From Promethearchaeati archaeon SRVP18_Atabeyarchaeia-1 (GTDB lineage Archaea > Asgardarchaeota > Atabeyarchaeia > Atabeyarchaeales > Atabeyarchaeaceae), in the NCBI GenBank assembly GCA_037308085.1, contig CP147779.1, forward strand, positions 1,888,001 to 1,952,000: a stretch of DNA of 64,000 nt, given 5' to 3'. The notes beneath the pieces are model-generated. The model was not told the DNA's origin. It worked only from the letters and a program-made list of their open reading frames with translations, and did not search any database. A program made the position numbers and the translations under genes. Of the stretch, positions 49,873-60,097 are shown in pieces. Each line of letters starts with the position of its first letter. The first letter of the stretch is position 1.

Positions 49873-50184
49873 GTGGAAGGTATTTCGGTGAACTATGATC
49901 AGATAATAACCGCTGAAGGGAAGAAGAGGGGGTTACTAGGAGAGCTTGGTGTTTCAACAAGAACAAACATCTACAGGTTCAAGGATATGGCAAACGATGA
50001 TGTTGATCAGATTGCCAATGTGACTGTAAGAAGGAAGGATAAAGTTAAAGGACAACAAGCCATGAGTCCGTCGAGAACCAGTGCATTTGATGAACTCAAG
50101 AAACTCGCTGAACTGAGAACTATGGGAGCCATAACTGAAGAGCAATTCCAAGAGAAAAAAAGCAAGTTGATGGAACGGATATAG
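49873..50184 (+). CDS. SHOCT-domain protein, possibly 5'-truncated
   Basis: [28 protein letters not shown]. Confidence 0.7.
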   Translation: MEGISVNYDQIITAEGKKRGLLGELGVSTRTNIYRFKDMANDDVDQIANVTVRRKDKVKGQQAMSPSRTSAFDELKKLAELRTMGAITEEQFQEKKSKLMERI

Positions 50185-50297
50185 AGAAATTGATGTATGC
50201 CTACTAATAGTTAGTAGAGGGCAGGTAGGGCAGAAGGGCTTGTTTTGAAGGCGATAGGCACCCTTAAATATGTGTACGGCTGAACCTCAAAACTGAG

Positions 50298-50687
50298 GTG
50301 CGGGGAACCATGCAATACTGCACAAAGTGCGGGAACGCTATAGAAGAAGGAGAGGAGTTCTGCTCGCGGTGCGGCCAGCCCGTGAAGGGAGGACCGGTCA
50401 CGGCAAAAGGAGAACCGGCTCAACGAACAACGCGGTCAGCGGCTCCGCAGTCAGGGGGATCAAGCTCCGCAGCAATTGCCCTCGGAATCGTAGGCATCAT
50501 AATAGGCTTTCTCTTCATCCCGCTGATCGGGATCATTCTAGGAATTATCGCCATTGCGCTTGGAGCATCAGCATCCGGCCAAGGCGACGAGAACGGAAGC
50601 GCAGGAGTAGTCCTCGGCGTATTGGCGTTGTTTCTCTCGATCATGGGATGGGTATTGGCCATCGTAGTGCTCTCGTCGATGTGGTGA
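50298..50687 (+). CDS. Zn-ribbon + DUF4190-like membrane protein
   Basis: YCTKCG...FCSRCG, then ALGIVGII...GIIAIALG. Confidence 0.8.
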   Translation: MRGTMQYCTKCGNAIEEGEEFCSRCGQPVKGGPVTAKGEPAQRTTRSAAPQSGGSSSAAIALGIVGIIIGFLFIPLIGIILGIIAIALGASASGQGDENGSAGVVLGVLALFLSIMGWVLAIVVLSSMW

Positions 50688-50862
50688 CCAGCGTTGGGCC
50701 GCCGCTTGGATGCAAGGCTTGGATGCAAGTGGACACAGGGGCATGGACCGATCCTGTGACAAGCGGATATTTCTCCCAGTTCCTGATAGATGTCCATGTT
50801 TTTCGCAAGGCGGGAAACTCGCCGAACTAGCCTTATATTCTATGCATTTGTGAAGAGTAAGC

Positions 50863-51378
50863 ATGACTGAAATAGGCAGAGAAGTTGAAATCTCCCTAAA
50901 GACCAGTTACGGCAACAAGTGGAGGGAAGGGTTACTGGTGCACCTCCTCATCGGACTGGGAAGAAGCATCATAGGAAGAAGCCAAACCCATGGCAGACTG
51001 TGTCAAGAGCCAACTTACCAGGATGAGCACGTCGAGGAAGACGGCGAGGGGATCAGAGAACTTCACGAGAACCCGCTCGGATACATCCGGCAAATGAACG
51101 AGAAGGTCGCGGGGGAACTCGAGAGACAAATCTACAGCATCCGCACAGGTCCTATCAAGCATGAATCAGCCTGCGCTTACCCAGATTTCGGAGAGCTACT
51201 GGAAGCAATAGGCGTCCAAGCCAAGCTCAGGCTCGAAGGGAAAGGAGAAGAGGGGTTGACAGATCTCCTTGAAGCCGTGATACAGGCATCTTGGGAAGAG
51301 GCTCCTCTCGCCCTGAGGGAGGACACTTTCAGAATCATAAGGCTAGTCGGCTTCTTCTCGACAGCCGTCGACCAATAG
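50863..51378 (+). CDS. Hypothetical protein
   Basis: 171 aa ORF only. Confidence 0.5.
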   Translation: MTEIGREVEISLKTSYGNKWREGLLVHLLIGLGRSIIGRSQTHGRLCQEPTYQDEHVEEDGEGIRELHENPLGYIRQMNEKVAGELERQIYSIRTGPIKHESACAYPDFGELLEAIGVQAKLRLEGKGEEGLTDLLEAVIQASWEEAPLALREDTFRIIRLVGFFSTAVDQ

Positions 51379-51553
51379 GCCCGAAGTATCTGAGCCACCA
51401 GCCACCCTCCGCGCAGCTGAAGCCCGGACATGTATCTGTCTTCGACTGCGCGCTTACCCGCCAGGATTGTAGCTCACTTGCCAAGTCCAAAGATTTAATA
51501 GCTCATAAGAGAGTCCCTCGAATGATGTCCGGGATTAGACACTTCTAGCCCAA

Positions 51554-52297
51554 GTGATAGAGTTGGCCTCGGGGAAAATTGCGTTTATAGCTGGGGGAGG
51601 AAAACACGGCTCGGGTGCATTAAGGTACTTTTTGAAGCAGCCGGACTGGAAGACAATCGTTTGCGATGAGAGCAGCGGGTGCGAGGCGTCCGCATTCACG
51701 AAATCACAGCTCAAGTTTGAGGAAATGGGGGACAGCACTCAAATTGCGAGCCCAACACTAATAGTAGGCAACGCTGTGGGCGTCGCTCTCCGGTTTCTAG
51801 CGGAAGGGGTTGTCCCCAGAACAGTCATTCCCTGTGTTCCGTTTCACTTTGCAGCCAAAGTTCTGACAGGTTACTTAACTGGTAAAGGACTTAAAGTGCA
51901 GCCTGATTTCGAGCATCTCAAACGAGCATTCGGGGAAGCGCAGCTTGGTGGCGCTGAGTATAGGCTGGACTCGGGCAACGCCTTGGCTGTGGCAAGCAAG
52001 ATGCCTTTCGACCGGCTTTGCGCTCCAGGATGCAGGCAACCGAAGCTATGTCCTATGACAAGAAGAAGACTGGCTAGCCCAATGTACGAGCTGATTGAGG
52101 AGACATTGAATCGCGCCGGCGTCGACATTGTGAAGGTGCTTAGAAGCCGCCTGATCGCCTCAAACGTCGGTGGCTTCCAAGGGGAAGAGCTCAAAAGAAC
52201 TTTGGATCTCTGCGTCGAATCGGAGCCATGCACCATAGCACTGGCAACGTCGTGCAGCTGCCACGCGGCTGCAAACCTTTTCAGGATCGAAGGCTAG
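51554..52297 (+). CDS. Hypothetical Rossmann-like protein with Cys/His motifs
   Basis: IAGGGKHG, IPCVPFH, CAPGCRQPKLCP, TSCSCH. Confidence 0.65.
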   Translation: MIELASGKIAFIAGGGKHGSGALRYFLKQPDWKTIVCDESSGCEASAFTKSQLKFEEMGDSTQIASPTLIVGNAVGVALRFLAEGVVPRTVIPCVPFHFAAKVLTGYLTGKGLKVQPDFEHLKRAFGEAQLGGAEYRLDSGNALAVASKMPFDRLCAPGCRQPKLCPMTRRRLASPMYELIEETLNRAGVDIVKVLRSRLIASNVGGFQGEELKRTLDLCVESEPCTIALATSCSCHAAANLFRIEG

Positions 52298-52420
52298 CCT
52301 GCCAAAGGATAGGAGGAGAATCTTCAAGGTGGCTTGGATTCTCGGCGGTGGCAGCACACGGCTGGGGCAAGAGAGAAAAGCCAGTGACTGGCTTATGAGG
52401 ATTGAACGAGAGGAAAGGGC

Positions 52421-52669
52421 ATGAAGTCGAGTAGTTACGTTAGAGGCATCTTTGCCAAGCTTCTGGCAATCATCTTGGTTGTCGTGGGTCTGGTTCTATT
52501 CTTCTATTCAGAGGACATTTCTCAGCAGAACGGGGCGCCGATTGAACTCTACTGGATTGTGTCGTGGATCCTTTTCATTGCGGGTATAATCATGTTTGCA
52601 GCAGCTGTGGTCATGCAGAGAAGAGCGGTACAGCGATTGAAAAGAGAAACTAGTAATATTCGCGTGTAG
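52421..52669 (+). CDS. Small 2-TM membrane protein
   Basis: Two hydrophobic helices. Confidence 0.6.
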   Translation: MKSSSYVRGIFAKLLAIILVVVGLVLFFYSEDISQQNGAPIELYWIVSWILFIAGIIMFAAAVVMQRRAVQRLKRETSNIRV

Positions 52670-52718
52670 AGCTTCTCCTTGGAAACCACTAACATCGCTT
52701 TGGCGTGCGCTTCTTCCT

Positions 52719-53423
52719 CTATGCCTGCGTGTCCTTCAGATAACTTCCGTAAAACCTCAAGGTTCTATCCCAAGCGTCTTTGGCAGCGTCAGGTCTATAG
52801 TTCTCTCGAGTGTTATTGAAGAAGGCATGCGGAGCCCCGGGATAGACCTTCACATCGAAGATCTTTCCATACTTCGTCAGAGTCTGCTTCAGGAGGCTGA
52901 TGTCGGACTCTGATATGCCATAGTCGGCCCCAGCATAATTGCCGAGAATCGGACACTGGACATTCTTCACCAAATCTATGGGGGATGGGTTCCTCCCATA
53001 GAAAACGACGGCGGCTGCAAGCTCGGCGTTGTGGCAGGCAAGCAGAATTGAGAGTCCTCCGCCCATGCAGAATCCTATGCTACCTATACGCTTAGGATTC
53101 ACAGAATCAAGGGTCTTGAGGTAATTGAATCCCCCAGTCAAGTCTCCCAGTATCTTCTCTTCGGAGAACCTCTGGCGCATTCTCATTCCGTCTTCTAGCT
53201 TTGAGACATGCTCACCTTCAAACAAGTCGACTGCCAGCGCAACGTAACCCTGCGCGCCAAGACTACTGGAAACGTCCTTGATGTGATCAACGAGACCCCA
53301 TATTTCATGAATAACGATTACGGCGGGATACTTAGCAGGCACCTTTGGCTTCACAAGGAAGCCCAGAGTTTTCCTCTTGCTGCTTCCGCCGGGAAACTCC
53401 ACCATAGAAGACAAGACTTCCAA
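52719..53423 (-). CDS. Dienelactone hydrolase family protein
   Basis: HEIWGL, GFCMGG, YPGAPHAFFN. Confidence 0.92.
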   Translation of the reverse strand: MEVLSSMVEFPGGSSKRKTLGFLVKPKVPAKYPAVIVIHEIWGLVDHIKDVSSSLGAQGYVALAVDLFEGEHVSKLEDGMRMRQRFSEEKILGDLTGGFNYLKTLDSVNPKRIGSIGFCMGGGLSILLACHNAELAAAVVFYGRNPSPIDLVKNVQCPILGNYAGADYGISESDISLLKQTLTKYGKIFDVKVYPGAPHAFFNNTRENYRPDAAKDAWDRTLRFYGSYLKDTQA

Positions 53424-53483
53424 ATTGGACCAGATCCCCGCTGCAGAGGCTCTTCAAACTATGCCCTCATAACTATTCCTTGA

Positions 53484-53942
53484 TTGCCTGAAAAGACTAA
53501 AATAGGTTTCCAATGGATCACTTCATTCCCGAGAAGTAAGAGGAGCAGGAGAGCTTTGTCAGAAGTTGCCCAGCTTAAGGCTCGCATTGACGACGCAGCG
53601 ATGGACATTGAGAGAAGCTACGAGAACAGCTTAAAGTCCGTACGAGAGGCGAAAGAGAAGATAAATGACTTGGAGCTAAGCATCAGTCAGAAAGAACACT
53701 TGTCCCGCAAAGACTCACAAGCGCTGAGTTCCGCGATAGATAACCTTAACGAACTCACAGACTCCCTGATCCTAAGAAGCGGAAGAGTAGAGCAGGAGTA
53801 TGAGAGGCTGGAACAAGAATGCAGGACTCATATGCCTCAACCTGCTGGAATGGATAACTTGAGGGTTGTGTGCGGCAAGACGAGGGAGCTTGCAATGAAT
53901 CTGCTCTGTTTTTCACTGGCGCACTTCAAGCGAAAAGCATAG
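53484..53942 (+). CDS. Coiled-coil hypothetical protein
   Basis: Heptad-rich; true start probably downstream of 53484. Confidence 0.55.
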   Translation: MPEKTKIGFQWITSFPRSKRSRRALSEVAQLKARIDDAAMDIERSYENSLKSVREAKEKINDLELSISQKEHLSRKDSQALSSAIDNLNELTDSLILRSGRVEQEYERLEQECRTHMPQPAGMDNLRVVCGKTRELAMNLLCFSLAHFKRKA

Positions 53943-53947
53943 CAGCC

Positions 53948-54226
53948 TCACTTCTTCGTGTTACTTCTTAGTCTACTTAACTCAGCTTTTCTCATCTTCT
54001 TCTTCAATGCTCTGGGCATCGCCCTTGCTCTCTCGCTTTCCCTTGCCTCCATGTCGACCATTCTACGGACCTCGAACGATTGTTCTGCCAAATCCAACTG
54101 CAGATACAACACAATACTACTATTTTTCTCTTCCTTCATATTACTAACCGATGAAAGACTGGTATGATCCGGATTGAAAGGGTATTCTGGAAAAGCTGGT
54201 AGGAGTCCTTGGAAAACTAAGCTCAA
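53948..54226 (-). CDS. Small basic hypothetical protein
   Basis: K/R-rich C-terminus; start uncertain. Confidence 0.35.
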   Translation of the reverse strand: MSLVFQGLLPAFPEYPFNPDHTSLSSVSNMKEEKNSSIVLYLQLDLAEQSFEVRRMVDMEARESERARAMPRALKKKMRKAELSRLRSNTKK

Positions 54227-54305
54227 TGCGGAGCTGGCGATTTACAGCCAAGTGTTTAATGAAGTGGATGCAAAGTCACGGCCGTAGTGAGAAGATGAAA
54301 AGTAA

Positions 54306-54518
54306 GTGGCGATCCATCCTCTAACCATCACCGTCATCTATTCCGAGGTCGAGATAGTTGTTGGATACTGTATCGTGCGCGCAATCAGAAGGATAAAGAA
54401 CCCGTTTATGCAACTCGCTATTTTGGTTGTCTCTGTTGTTGCTCTCCGGTATTTCCTGGTGAATATTCTGTTGCCGCGACTGGGTTTGCCAGCCTCGTTG
54501 GATTCGGAGCAAAGTTGA
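54306..54518 (+). CDS. Small membrane protein
   Basis: Two hydrophobic segments. Confidence 0.4.
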   Translation: MAIHPLTITVIYSEVEIVVGYCIVRAIRRIKNPFMQLAILVVSVVALRYFLVNILLPRLGLPASLDSEQS

Positions 54519-54555
54519 GATACTACATGAAGAATGCTGGTGGAGGAGATCTGAT

Positions 54556-55101
54556 ATGAGTAATTGCCCTAAGTGTGGTAGAGTAGTTGAAGATCTTGAC
54601 GTCTTCTGCAAATACTGTGGCGCGCGGTTAGTCGAAGTAACTGTTCCAGTCTTGGCGCCGTTGGCTCCCCCAGATGACCTGATCAAGGGTGTCATAGTCA
54701 GGAGGCTTGACGGCATCAAGAACAGAGATGAAACGGCCGTGAGAAGCATAATTGATGCGGGTAGGTACTCGAAATTTGATGATTGGCCTCCGTGGGGTAG
54801 ACAGGACGCGGAAACAGGCCTCAAAAATGAGTTCGGGGCATTCCAAGTCCTGAAGAACTACAATTATGATCTCACGAACTTCAAATTAGATGTGATGGGA
54901 GATGTGGCTGTCGCTACCTTTCAGTTTCACTATACAGGAGAAATGAGAAGTCAATCCTTCGACGTCAGCTCCAGAGTCACCACCATCTTGCTGAAGGAGG
55001 TTGCCGAATGGAAGATAATTCATGAGCATTACTCCAGAATGGGGGAAGGACAGACAGGTGGTGCAGGGCAACAGCAGAAGCGCCGACGCCGTTGGTTCTA
55101 G
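54556..55101 (+). CDS. Zn-ribbon + NTF2/SnoaL-like domain protein
   Basis: CPKCG..FCKYCG; GDVAVATF...SRVT...WKIIHEHYS. Confidence 0.85.
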   Translation: MSNCPKCGRVVEDLDVFCKYCGARLVEVTVPVLAPLAPPDDLIKGVIVRRLDGIKNRDETAVRSIIDAGRYSKFDDWPPWGRQDAETGLKNEFGAFQVLKNYNYDLTNFKLDVMGDVAVATFQFHYTGEMRSQSFDVSSRVTTILLKEVAEWKIIHEHYSRMGEGQTGGAGQQQKRRRRWF

Positions 55102-55331
55102 CACCAGAGCGACCGATCGAACGTAAGGCTCTGCCCCCGCTTCGAGCGCCCCTCCTGTAGAATGGTTGAATGATTCGTCTCGCTACATTAGGATCATCGT
55201 GTGCGACCATGGTTTGCCCTTCTGGAAACGAATATAAGAAACCGTACAATACTTGGTATCGTCATGAAAGAAACCCTCAACGGTATGAGAAAGAGAGACA
55301 GGGAAGATCTCAGGGAAGGTGAATTGGGAAA

Positions 55332-55673
55332 ATGTTTGATAAGCCGTTCAGTGTAGCCGTCATGGTTACCGATGCAGCCAAGGCGGCAAAATGGTTTGAG
55401 GAGAAGCTAGGATTCGAGACTTCGGTCAAGGGACACTGGGTCACAGCGTGGCCCAAGGGAAGCCAATGGAAACTCCACCTCTGCCAAGGAAAACCGGAGC
55501 CAGGAAATACTGGGATCGGTTTCTATTCGCAGGATGTTGAGAAGACGGTGGCAGAAATGAAGAAAGGAGGAGTCAAATTCACCCGAGACGTCACAAAAGG
55601 TGGCGGGGGCGCCACGGCCATGTTCGAGGATCCTGACGGCAACATCTTCTGGCTGAGACAGGGCGAACCATAG
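55332..55673 (+). CDS. VOC (glyoxalase/bleomycin resistance) family protein
   Basis: WFEEKLGF, AMFEDPDGN. Confidence 0.9.
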   Translation: MFDKPFSVAVMVTDAAKAAKWFEEKLGFETSVKGHWVTAWPKGSQWKLHLCQGKPEPGNTGIGFYSQDVEKTVAEMKKGGVKFTRDVTKGGGGATAMFEDPDGNIFWLRQGEP

Positions 55674-55890
55674 ATCCTGGTGTGCAGAAACGCAGTCAGC
55701 GCTGGTCGTCGGATGTGCGCTGCATTGTGGGCGCAAAATCTGGAACAGCTGCAAGCCTGCAGAAAGGGCCCGCTACATTTCCACCTCAGCATTAATGTAT
55801 TTCCACCATACCATTGGTCTTGCCGAAAAGGGCTGCCCAGCGCCGAGAGGTCCAGGATAGAAAAGCAGAACATAAGAGGCGAAAAGAGAA

Positions 55891-56046
55891 ATGGCAACCG
55901 CAAATGCACCTGATGAAGAGGAAAGGAAACTTCGGAAGAAAGAATTAAAGAAGAAGAGGAAGGCGGAAAACTGGAAAAGAAAAAGCCAGCAGCACGGCGC
56001 TGGAAAGATATCCAAGCAGAGCGCACAAGGGAGGTTGATGGAATAA
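55891..56046 (+). CDS. Small Lys-rich protein (51 aa; below the ORF-track cutoff)
   Basis: ATG 55891 to TAA 56046: MATANAPDEEERKLRKKELKKKRKAENWKRK...; next gene starts 3 bp later. Confidence 0.55.
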   Translation: MATANAPDEEERKLRKKELKKKRKAENWKRKSQQHGAGKISKQSAQGRLME

Positions 56047-56049
56047 GAA

Positions 56050-56325
56050 ATGAACATGAATTCAAAGAACATGGACATGACCGAAGCGAGATCGCCGAGA
56101 ACGTATGGCGTTCTTGGAATCCTGAGCGCTATTCTAAGTATACTGTTGCTTCCTGAGGTATTCGGTTCGGCTGCGATAATCCTGGGAGCGTATCAAATGA
56201 GAAAAGATCCGGACATTTCATTTGGGATGACAGTCGTGGTTCTCGGGATAATATGTATGTTGGCAGGAATATATTATACGGCCTATCCCCTGCTGATTAT
56301 GTTCTTCCCAGGGTTCGGGTTCTAG
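56050..56325 (+). CDS. Small DUF4190-like membrane protein
   Basis: YGVLGILSAIL...FGSAAIILG. Confidence 0.65.
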   Translation: MNMNSKNMDMTEARSPRTYGVLGILSAILSILLLPEVFGSAAIILGAYQMRKDPDISFGMTVVVLGIICMLAGIYYTAYPLLIMFFPGFGF

Positions 56326-56485
56326 AGCTTTGCAACTCTCTTTGTCTGAGATGCTTCGCAAACCGGGCGGGGCAGGAAGATTGTGCCACACTTTGGGGTT
56401 GGTTTCCGCTGTGCTGGACTATGTGGTGGGATATTCCACCCGGGATTGTACAAACTCTGGGTCGAGAAGAGCTCTCCTCAGTCGC

Positions 56486-56857
56486 TCAGGCTATTGCATA
56501 AATCGTAATTATCTCGACAACCTGCCCCCACATATGAAAAGAGAGCATATTATGGAGTATTCGCGCCTCAAAGAACACTCTTAAGCCGTCGACTTGGAAC
56601 TCCTTGCGCAGCGCAGCACTGGGATCATAGTGATTTCCGTCGTCCGCAACTATTCCATAGAATCCCCCTTCAAAGCTGAGGAATCTAACTGTTCCTGTTC
56701 CAGACACAATGTCGCCCGAAGTCGTTCCTCGTGGGGCAGTCGCATTTGCGATGCTGGTGGCAGTTACTGCGATCGCTCCCGCCATTGTGAATGCGGTTAA
56801 AGCAAGCGTGGCAAAGCACAGCACTCTTTGTCGCGAGGGTATTCCATCCATCATCAT
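56486..56857 (-). CDS. Secreted small beta-barrel hypothetical protein
   Basis: Signal peptide, then GTVRFLSFEGGFYGIVADDG..Y.P...EFQVDGLRV...MWG. Confidence 0.75.
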   Translation of the reverse strand: MMMDGIPSRQRVLCFATLALTAFTMAGAIAVTATSIANATAPRGTTSGDIVSGTGTVRFLSFEGGFYGIVADDGNHYDPSAALRKEFQVDGLRVFFEARILHNMLSFHMWGQVVEIITIYAIA

Positions 56858-56944
56858 ACTAAACTCCTTGCCATGCATTGGGTTTCCAGGGTCCCAGGAT
56901 ATCCCTGACACCGATAGTATAAGCGTCCCGGACAACTTAAGGGT

Positions 56945-57163
56945 TTCAGCCTACGTGGTTATAGATGGGTATGCGCCGGCGTACCTGTCGCATTCCACGT
57001 AGGTTCTTGGGCTTCACCGCATCATGCATGTGCCTCACGGATTTATCGGGGACACTCTGCTCCGTGCCGTCAGGGCGTACCCGCCCCCAAGTTAAGACTG
57101 GATGCTTGCACCCCACCACCTCTCCTCGTGGGGAACGCCCTCCATCCTCAGGTACAGGCTGAC
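56945..57163 (+). ncRNA. Candidate structured non-coding RNA of unknown family
   Basis: Several nested stems (see finding); TATA-like AGTATAAG about 25 bp upstream; no convincing ORF. Confidence 0.4.
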
Positions 57164-57395
57164 TTTGGCGCTGAGCTACCTAATGATTGGGGGAGTTGCC
57201 AGCCGTCTCGCCTAGTTGATAACTTCACAATCACAGGAATTCTTATACGGTGCCATTATGCTTCTCATATCGATAATTCGGAGGGTGCACTGCTCTGTTT
57301 CCCGCGCTCTGGTGGTCAAACAGTAGCTAGTGGTCAAGACTGACGAGGTTGGAACAATACGGAGGAGTCGATCTCTGAGGGTTGGTGACTTTGGT

Positions 57396-57932
57396 ATGAG
57401 TTCGATCGTTCAGGTTAGGGTTAAGCGTATTTACGGGAATTGTAGCGGTTGCAGGAGATGCGAGATCGCCTGTGCGCTTTCTCACGAAGGGAGAACTTGG
57501 CCTGAAGCGTCGAGAGTAAGGGTCTTCATGTCCGTGCCAGGAGTTGAGATCCCTCACCTCTGCTTCCAGTGTGAGGATTACCCATGTGTCCAAGCGTGCC
57601 CAGTGGAGGCGCTGACCGTGAACAGCCGAACTGGAGCTGTGAAGGTCGACATTTCAAAGTGTAGCGCATGTGGTCAATGCATTGATGCTTGCCCAGGGCG
57701 CGTCCCGCATATGCATCCGGAGAAGAACCACATAGTCATCTGCGACCTGTGTGGCGGAAAGCCCAAATGCGCCGAAGCATGCCAAGAAGGCAGGTGGAAC
57801 GCCTTGGAGACTGTCCCAAGAGACAAGAAGGTTTCCTACAAAGCTTTGGCAAAGACGCCAGACCAGCTCACACGCGAAGTAGCCAGGCAGGTCCTAGGGG
57901 AAGACATAGCCAGGGAGGTTCTGGAAGAATGA
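57396..57932 (+). CDS. 4Fe-4S dicluster protein (AOR-associated electron transfer subunit)
   Basis: CSGCRRCEIAC, CFQCEDYPCVQACP, CSACGQCIDACP, CDLC...CAEAC. Confidence 0.92.
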   Translation: MSSIVQVRVKRIYGNCSGCRRCEIACALSHEGRTWPEASRVRVFMSVPGVEIPHLCFQCEDYPCVQACPVEALTVNSRTGAVKVDISKCSACGQCIDACPGRVPHMHPEKNHIVICDLCGGKPKCAEACQEGRWNALETVPRDKKVSYKALAKTPDQLTREVARQVLGEDIAREVLEE

Positions 57933-59779
57933 GAGGTTACGCAGGAAAATACCTGGAAATAGACCTATCAAGTGGAAGCAGCAAGGAAGCAAAGTTTCCA
58001 GACGAAGTTCTGAAAGACTACGTCGGCGGAAGAGGGCTAGCCACGAAGATACTGTGGGATAGGCTTGGGAGAAAATGGGAGACAGTAGATCCATTCGGAG
58101 CAGAGAACATGATGCTTGTCATGACGGGCCCCCTGACCGGGTACATCCCTGGAACGAAAGTCTGCATCGCCGGAAAATCACCTCAAAGCAACGGGGTGAT
58201 AGGGTCAACCGTCGCAGGCGAGTTCGGAGTAGAGCTAAAATGCGCCGGATATGATGGCCTGATAATAGCTGGGAAAGCCGAGAAGCCAAGCTACATATTC
58301 ATATGCGACAACCACGTCGAAATCAAGGATGCCTCGCCAATATGGGGCAAAAAGGGAAGAGAAACCTACCGCTATCTGGTTGAGAAGTCAGTTGAAGACA
58401 TCAAGGCAATTAGGACAAACCACGGAGAAGTGAAGGAGCCCGCGATTCTCTATGCAGGACCAGCTGGAGAAAACAGGACCAGGGTCGCGGCGGTAATCTC
58501 AAAGTACGCGCACGCGGCCGGTTACGGCGGATACGGCGGAGTCATGGGATCCAAAAACCTGAAAGCAATAACCGCCAAGGGCTTCGGACCACTGCCAGAC
58601 GTTGAAGACAAGAAAACAGTGCAGCAAACGTACAGGGAATTCTCCAAAAGAAACTTCCAAATGGAGGGATGGAGGCGCTATGGTACTGGAGGAGGAGGCT
58701 ACACCACCGGAGCAGTGGATAGCTCAGAGCCAGTCAGAAACTGGCAGGAAGAATGGCACGACGAGAAAACCTACACGCGCGAAGAGTTCGATAAGCACTG
58801 GGTCAAGAAGTACTGGGGCGACTTCGGCTGCCCAGTCACATGCTTGAAACTTGCTGTACTAAAAGCCGGCAGATTCAAAGGAGCAGTGTGCGACAATCCA
58901 GACTATGAACTTGAAGCATTCCTAGGGGCAAACCTCGGAATATTCGACCCAGAACAGAACATCTACCTGTCATACCTAATCAATGAACTCGGTCTGTGCG
59001 GAATCCAAGGCGGATCAGCCCTCGGATTCGCGGCGAACCTCTACGAAAAAGGAATACTGACCAAGAAAGACCTTGACGGAATAGACCTCACCTGGGGAAA
59101 CGTCAAAGCCTTCGAAACCCTAGCAGAGAAAATAGCCACAAGGCAAGGGATCGGAGACACACTAGCCGAAGGTGTCTACAGAGCAGCCCTAAAACTCAGC
59201 AAATTGAAAGGCACGGATCTAATGAAATACGCCGTCCACTCGAAGGGTGTATCCATAGGGGCACATGGAATAAGAAGCGGGAAAGACTTCCTTACAAAGA
59301 ACATCAGCTACGCATGCTCAGTGCAAGGCGGAGACCACACATCTGCAACCAACCTGCCTCTTGACGACAGTGAGCTGTCCACCATCTTCGCTGATTCAGC
59401 AACCTACTGCTTCTTCACGACCTTCGGAATCGAAGACACAGAGCTATTCAAATTATACGAGGCAATAACCGGATGGAAGCTACCGGCCCAGGAATGGTAC
59501 AGTACAAAGGCTCTAAGGATACTGACCCTGCAGAGAACCATGCTGCTTCTGGGTGGGCCAGACGCGAAATGGAGACCAAGACTTGACGACGATAACCCAC
59601 CGAGATTCTGGGAACCGCTGCCATCAGGACCATACAAAGGAAAGAAGCTGAACAGAAAGAAGTTTGAGAGGGACAGGCTGGAATACTATGGCGCAGTCGG
59701 CTGGGACGAGAACGGGGTACCGACGCCTGAAACATTGAGAAGACTGGGCTTACAAGACTTGGGAGCGAAGCTCAAATAG
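57929..59779 (+). CDS. Aldehyde:ferredoxin oxidoreductase family (W-pterin) protein
   Basis: MRGYAGKYLEIDLS, KSPQ, ELKCAGYDG, GAVMGSKNLKA-like, QGIGDTLAEG, GWDENGVPTPETL. Confidence 0.92.
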   Translation: MRGYAGKYLEIDLSSGSSKEAKFPDEVLKDYVGGRGLATKILWDRLGRKWETVDPFGAENMMLVMTGPLTGYIPGTKVCIAGKSPQSNGVIGSTVAGEFGVELKCAGYDGLIIAGKAEKPSYIFICDNHVEIKDASPIWGKKGRETYRYLVEKSVEDIKAIRTNHGEVKEPAILYAGPAGENRTRVAAVISKYAHAAGYGGYGGVMGSKNLKAITAKGFGPLPDVEDKKTVQQTYREFSKRNFQMEGWRRYGTGGGGYTTGAVDSSEPVRNWQEEWHDEKTYTREEFDKHWVKKYWGDFGCPVTCLKLAVLKAGRFKGAVCDNPDYELEAFLGANLGIFDPEQNIYLSYLINELGLCGIQGGSALGFAANLYEKGILTKKDLDGIDLTWGNVKAFETLAEKIATRQGIGDTLAEGVYRAALKLSKLKGTDLMKYAVHSKGVSIGAHGIRSGKDFLTKNISYACSVQGGDHTSATNLPLDDSELSTIFADSATYCFFTTFGIEDTELFKLYEAITGWKLPAQEWYSTKALRILTLQRTMLLLGGPDAKWRPRLDDDNPPRFWEPLPSGPYKGKKLNRKKFERDRLEYYGAVGWDENGVPTPETLRRLGLQDLGAKLK

Positions 59780-59801
59780 CCAAGTCTCGTCTCCCTTGAC
59801 T

Positions 59802-60050
59802 CATGTCACCTGACCGCCTGGGAAGAATGGGAAACGTGATTCCTCCCACGGGGAATATTGAGACTTCGGCCTTATCAACTCAGATAGTCTTCTTGCCCCG
59901 ATAGGCTGCTCGATAGCCCTCTTGATTTCTTTCTCCTCATCCGGCACCCGGGATGCAGACCTTGGCGCGGCAAACTTCAGAACCTACCACCCGTGCGGTA
60001 GGTCAAATCCTAGTCACCCCCCCACCGAAGGGAACCTCGAATCGCGCCAT
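59802..60050 (-). pseudogene. Degraded lactate racemase (LarA-like) N-terminal relic
   Basis: MARFEVPFGG, frameshift in a G7 run, FDLPHGW*...EIKRAIEQPIGARRLSELIRP, then abrupt end. Confidence 0.55.
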
Positions 60051-60097
60051 TCAGTGACCACCAACATGCTTTCCGATCAGATCAGTGAATTGAAGTT

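Noticed and set aside
57689-57928. 80-aa N-terminal extension of AOR (and similar extensions on ORFs 35411, 36159, 36900, 40608)
   Set aside because: They overlap neighbouring genes or promoters; family-typical starts with RBS-like sequences lie downstream
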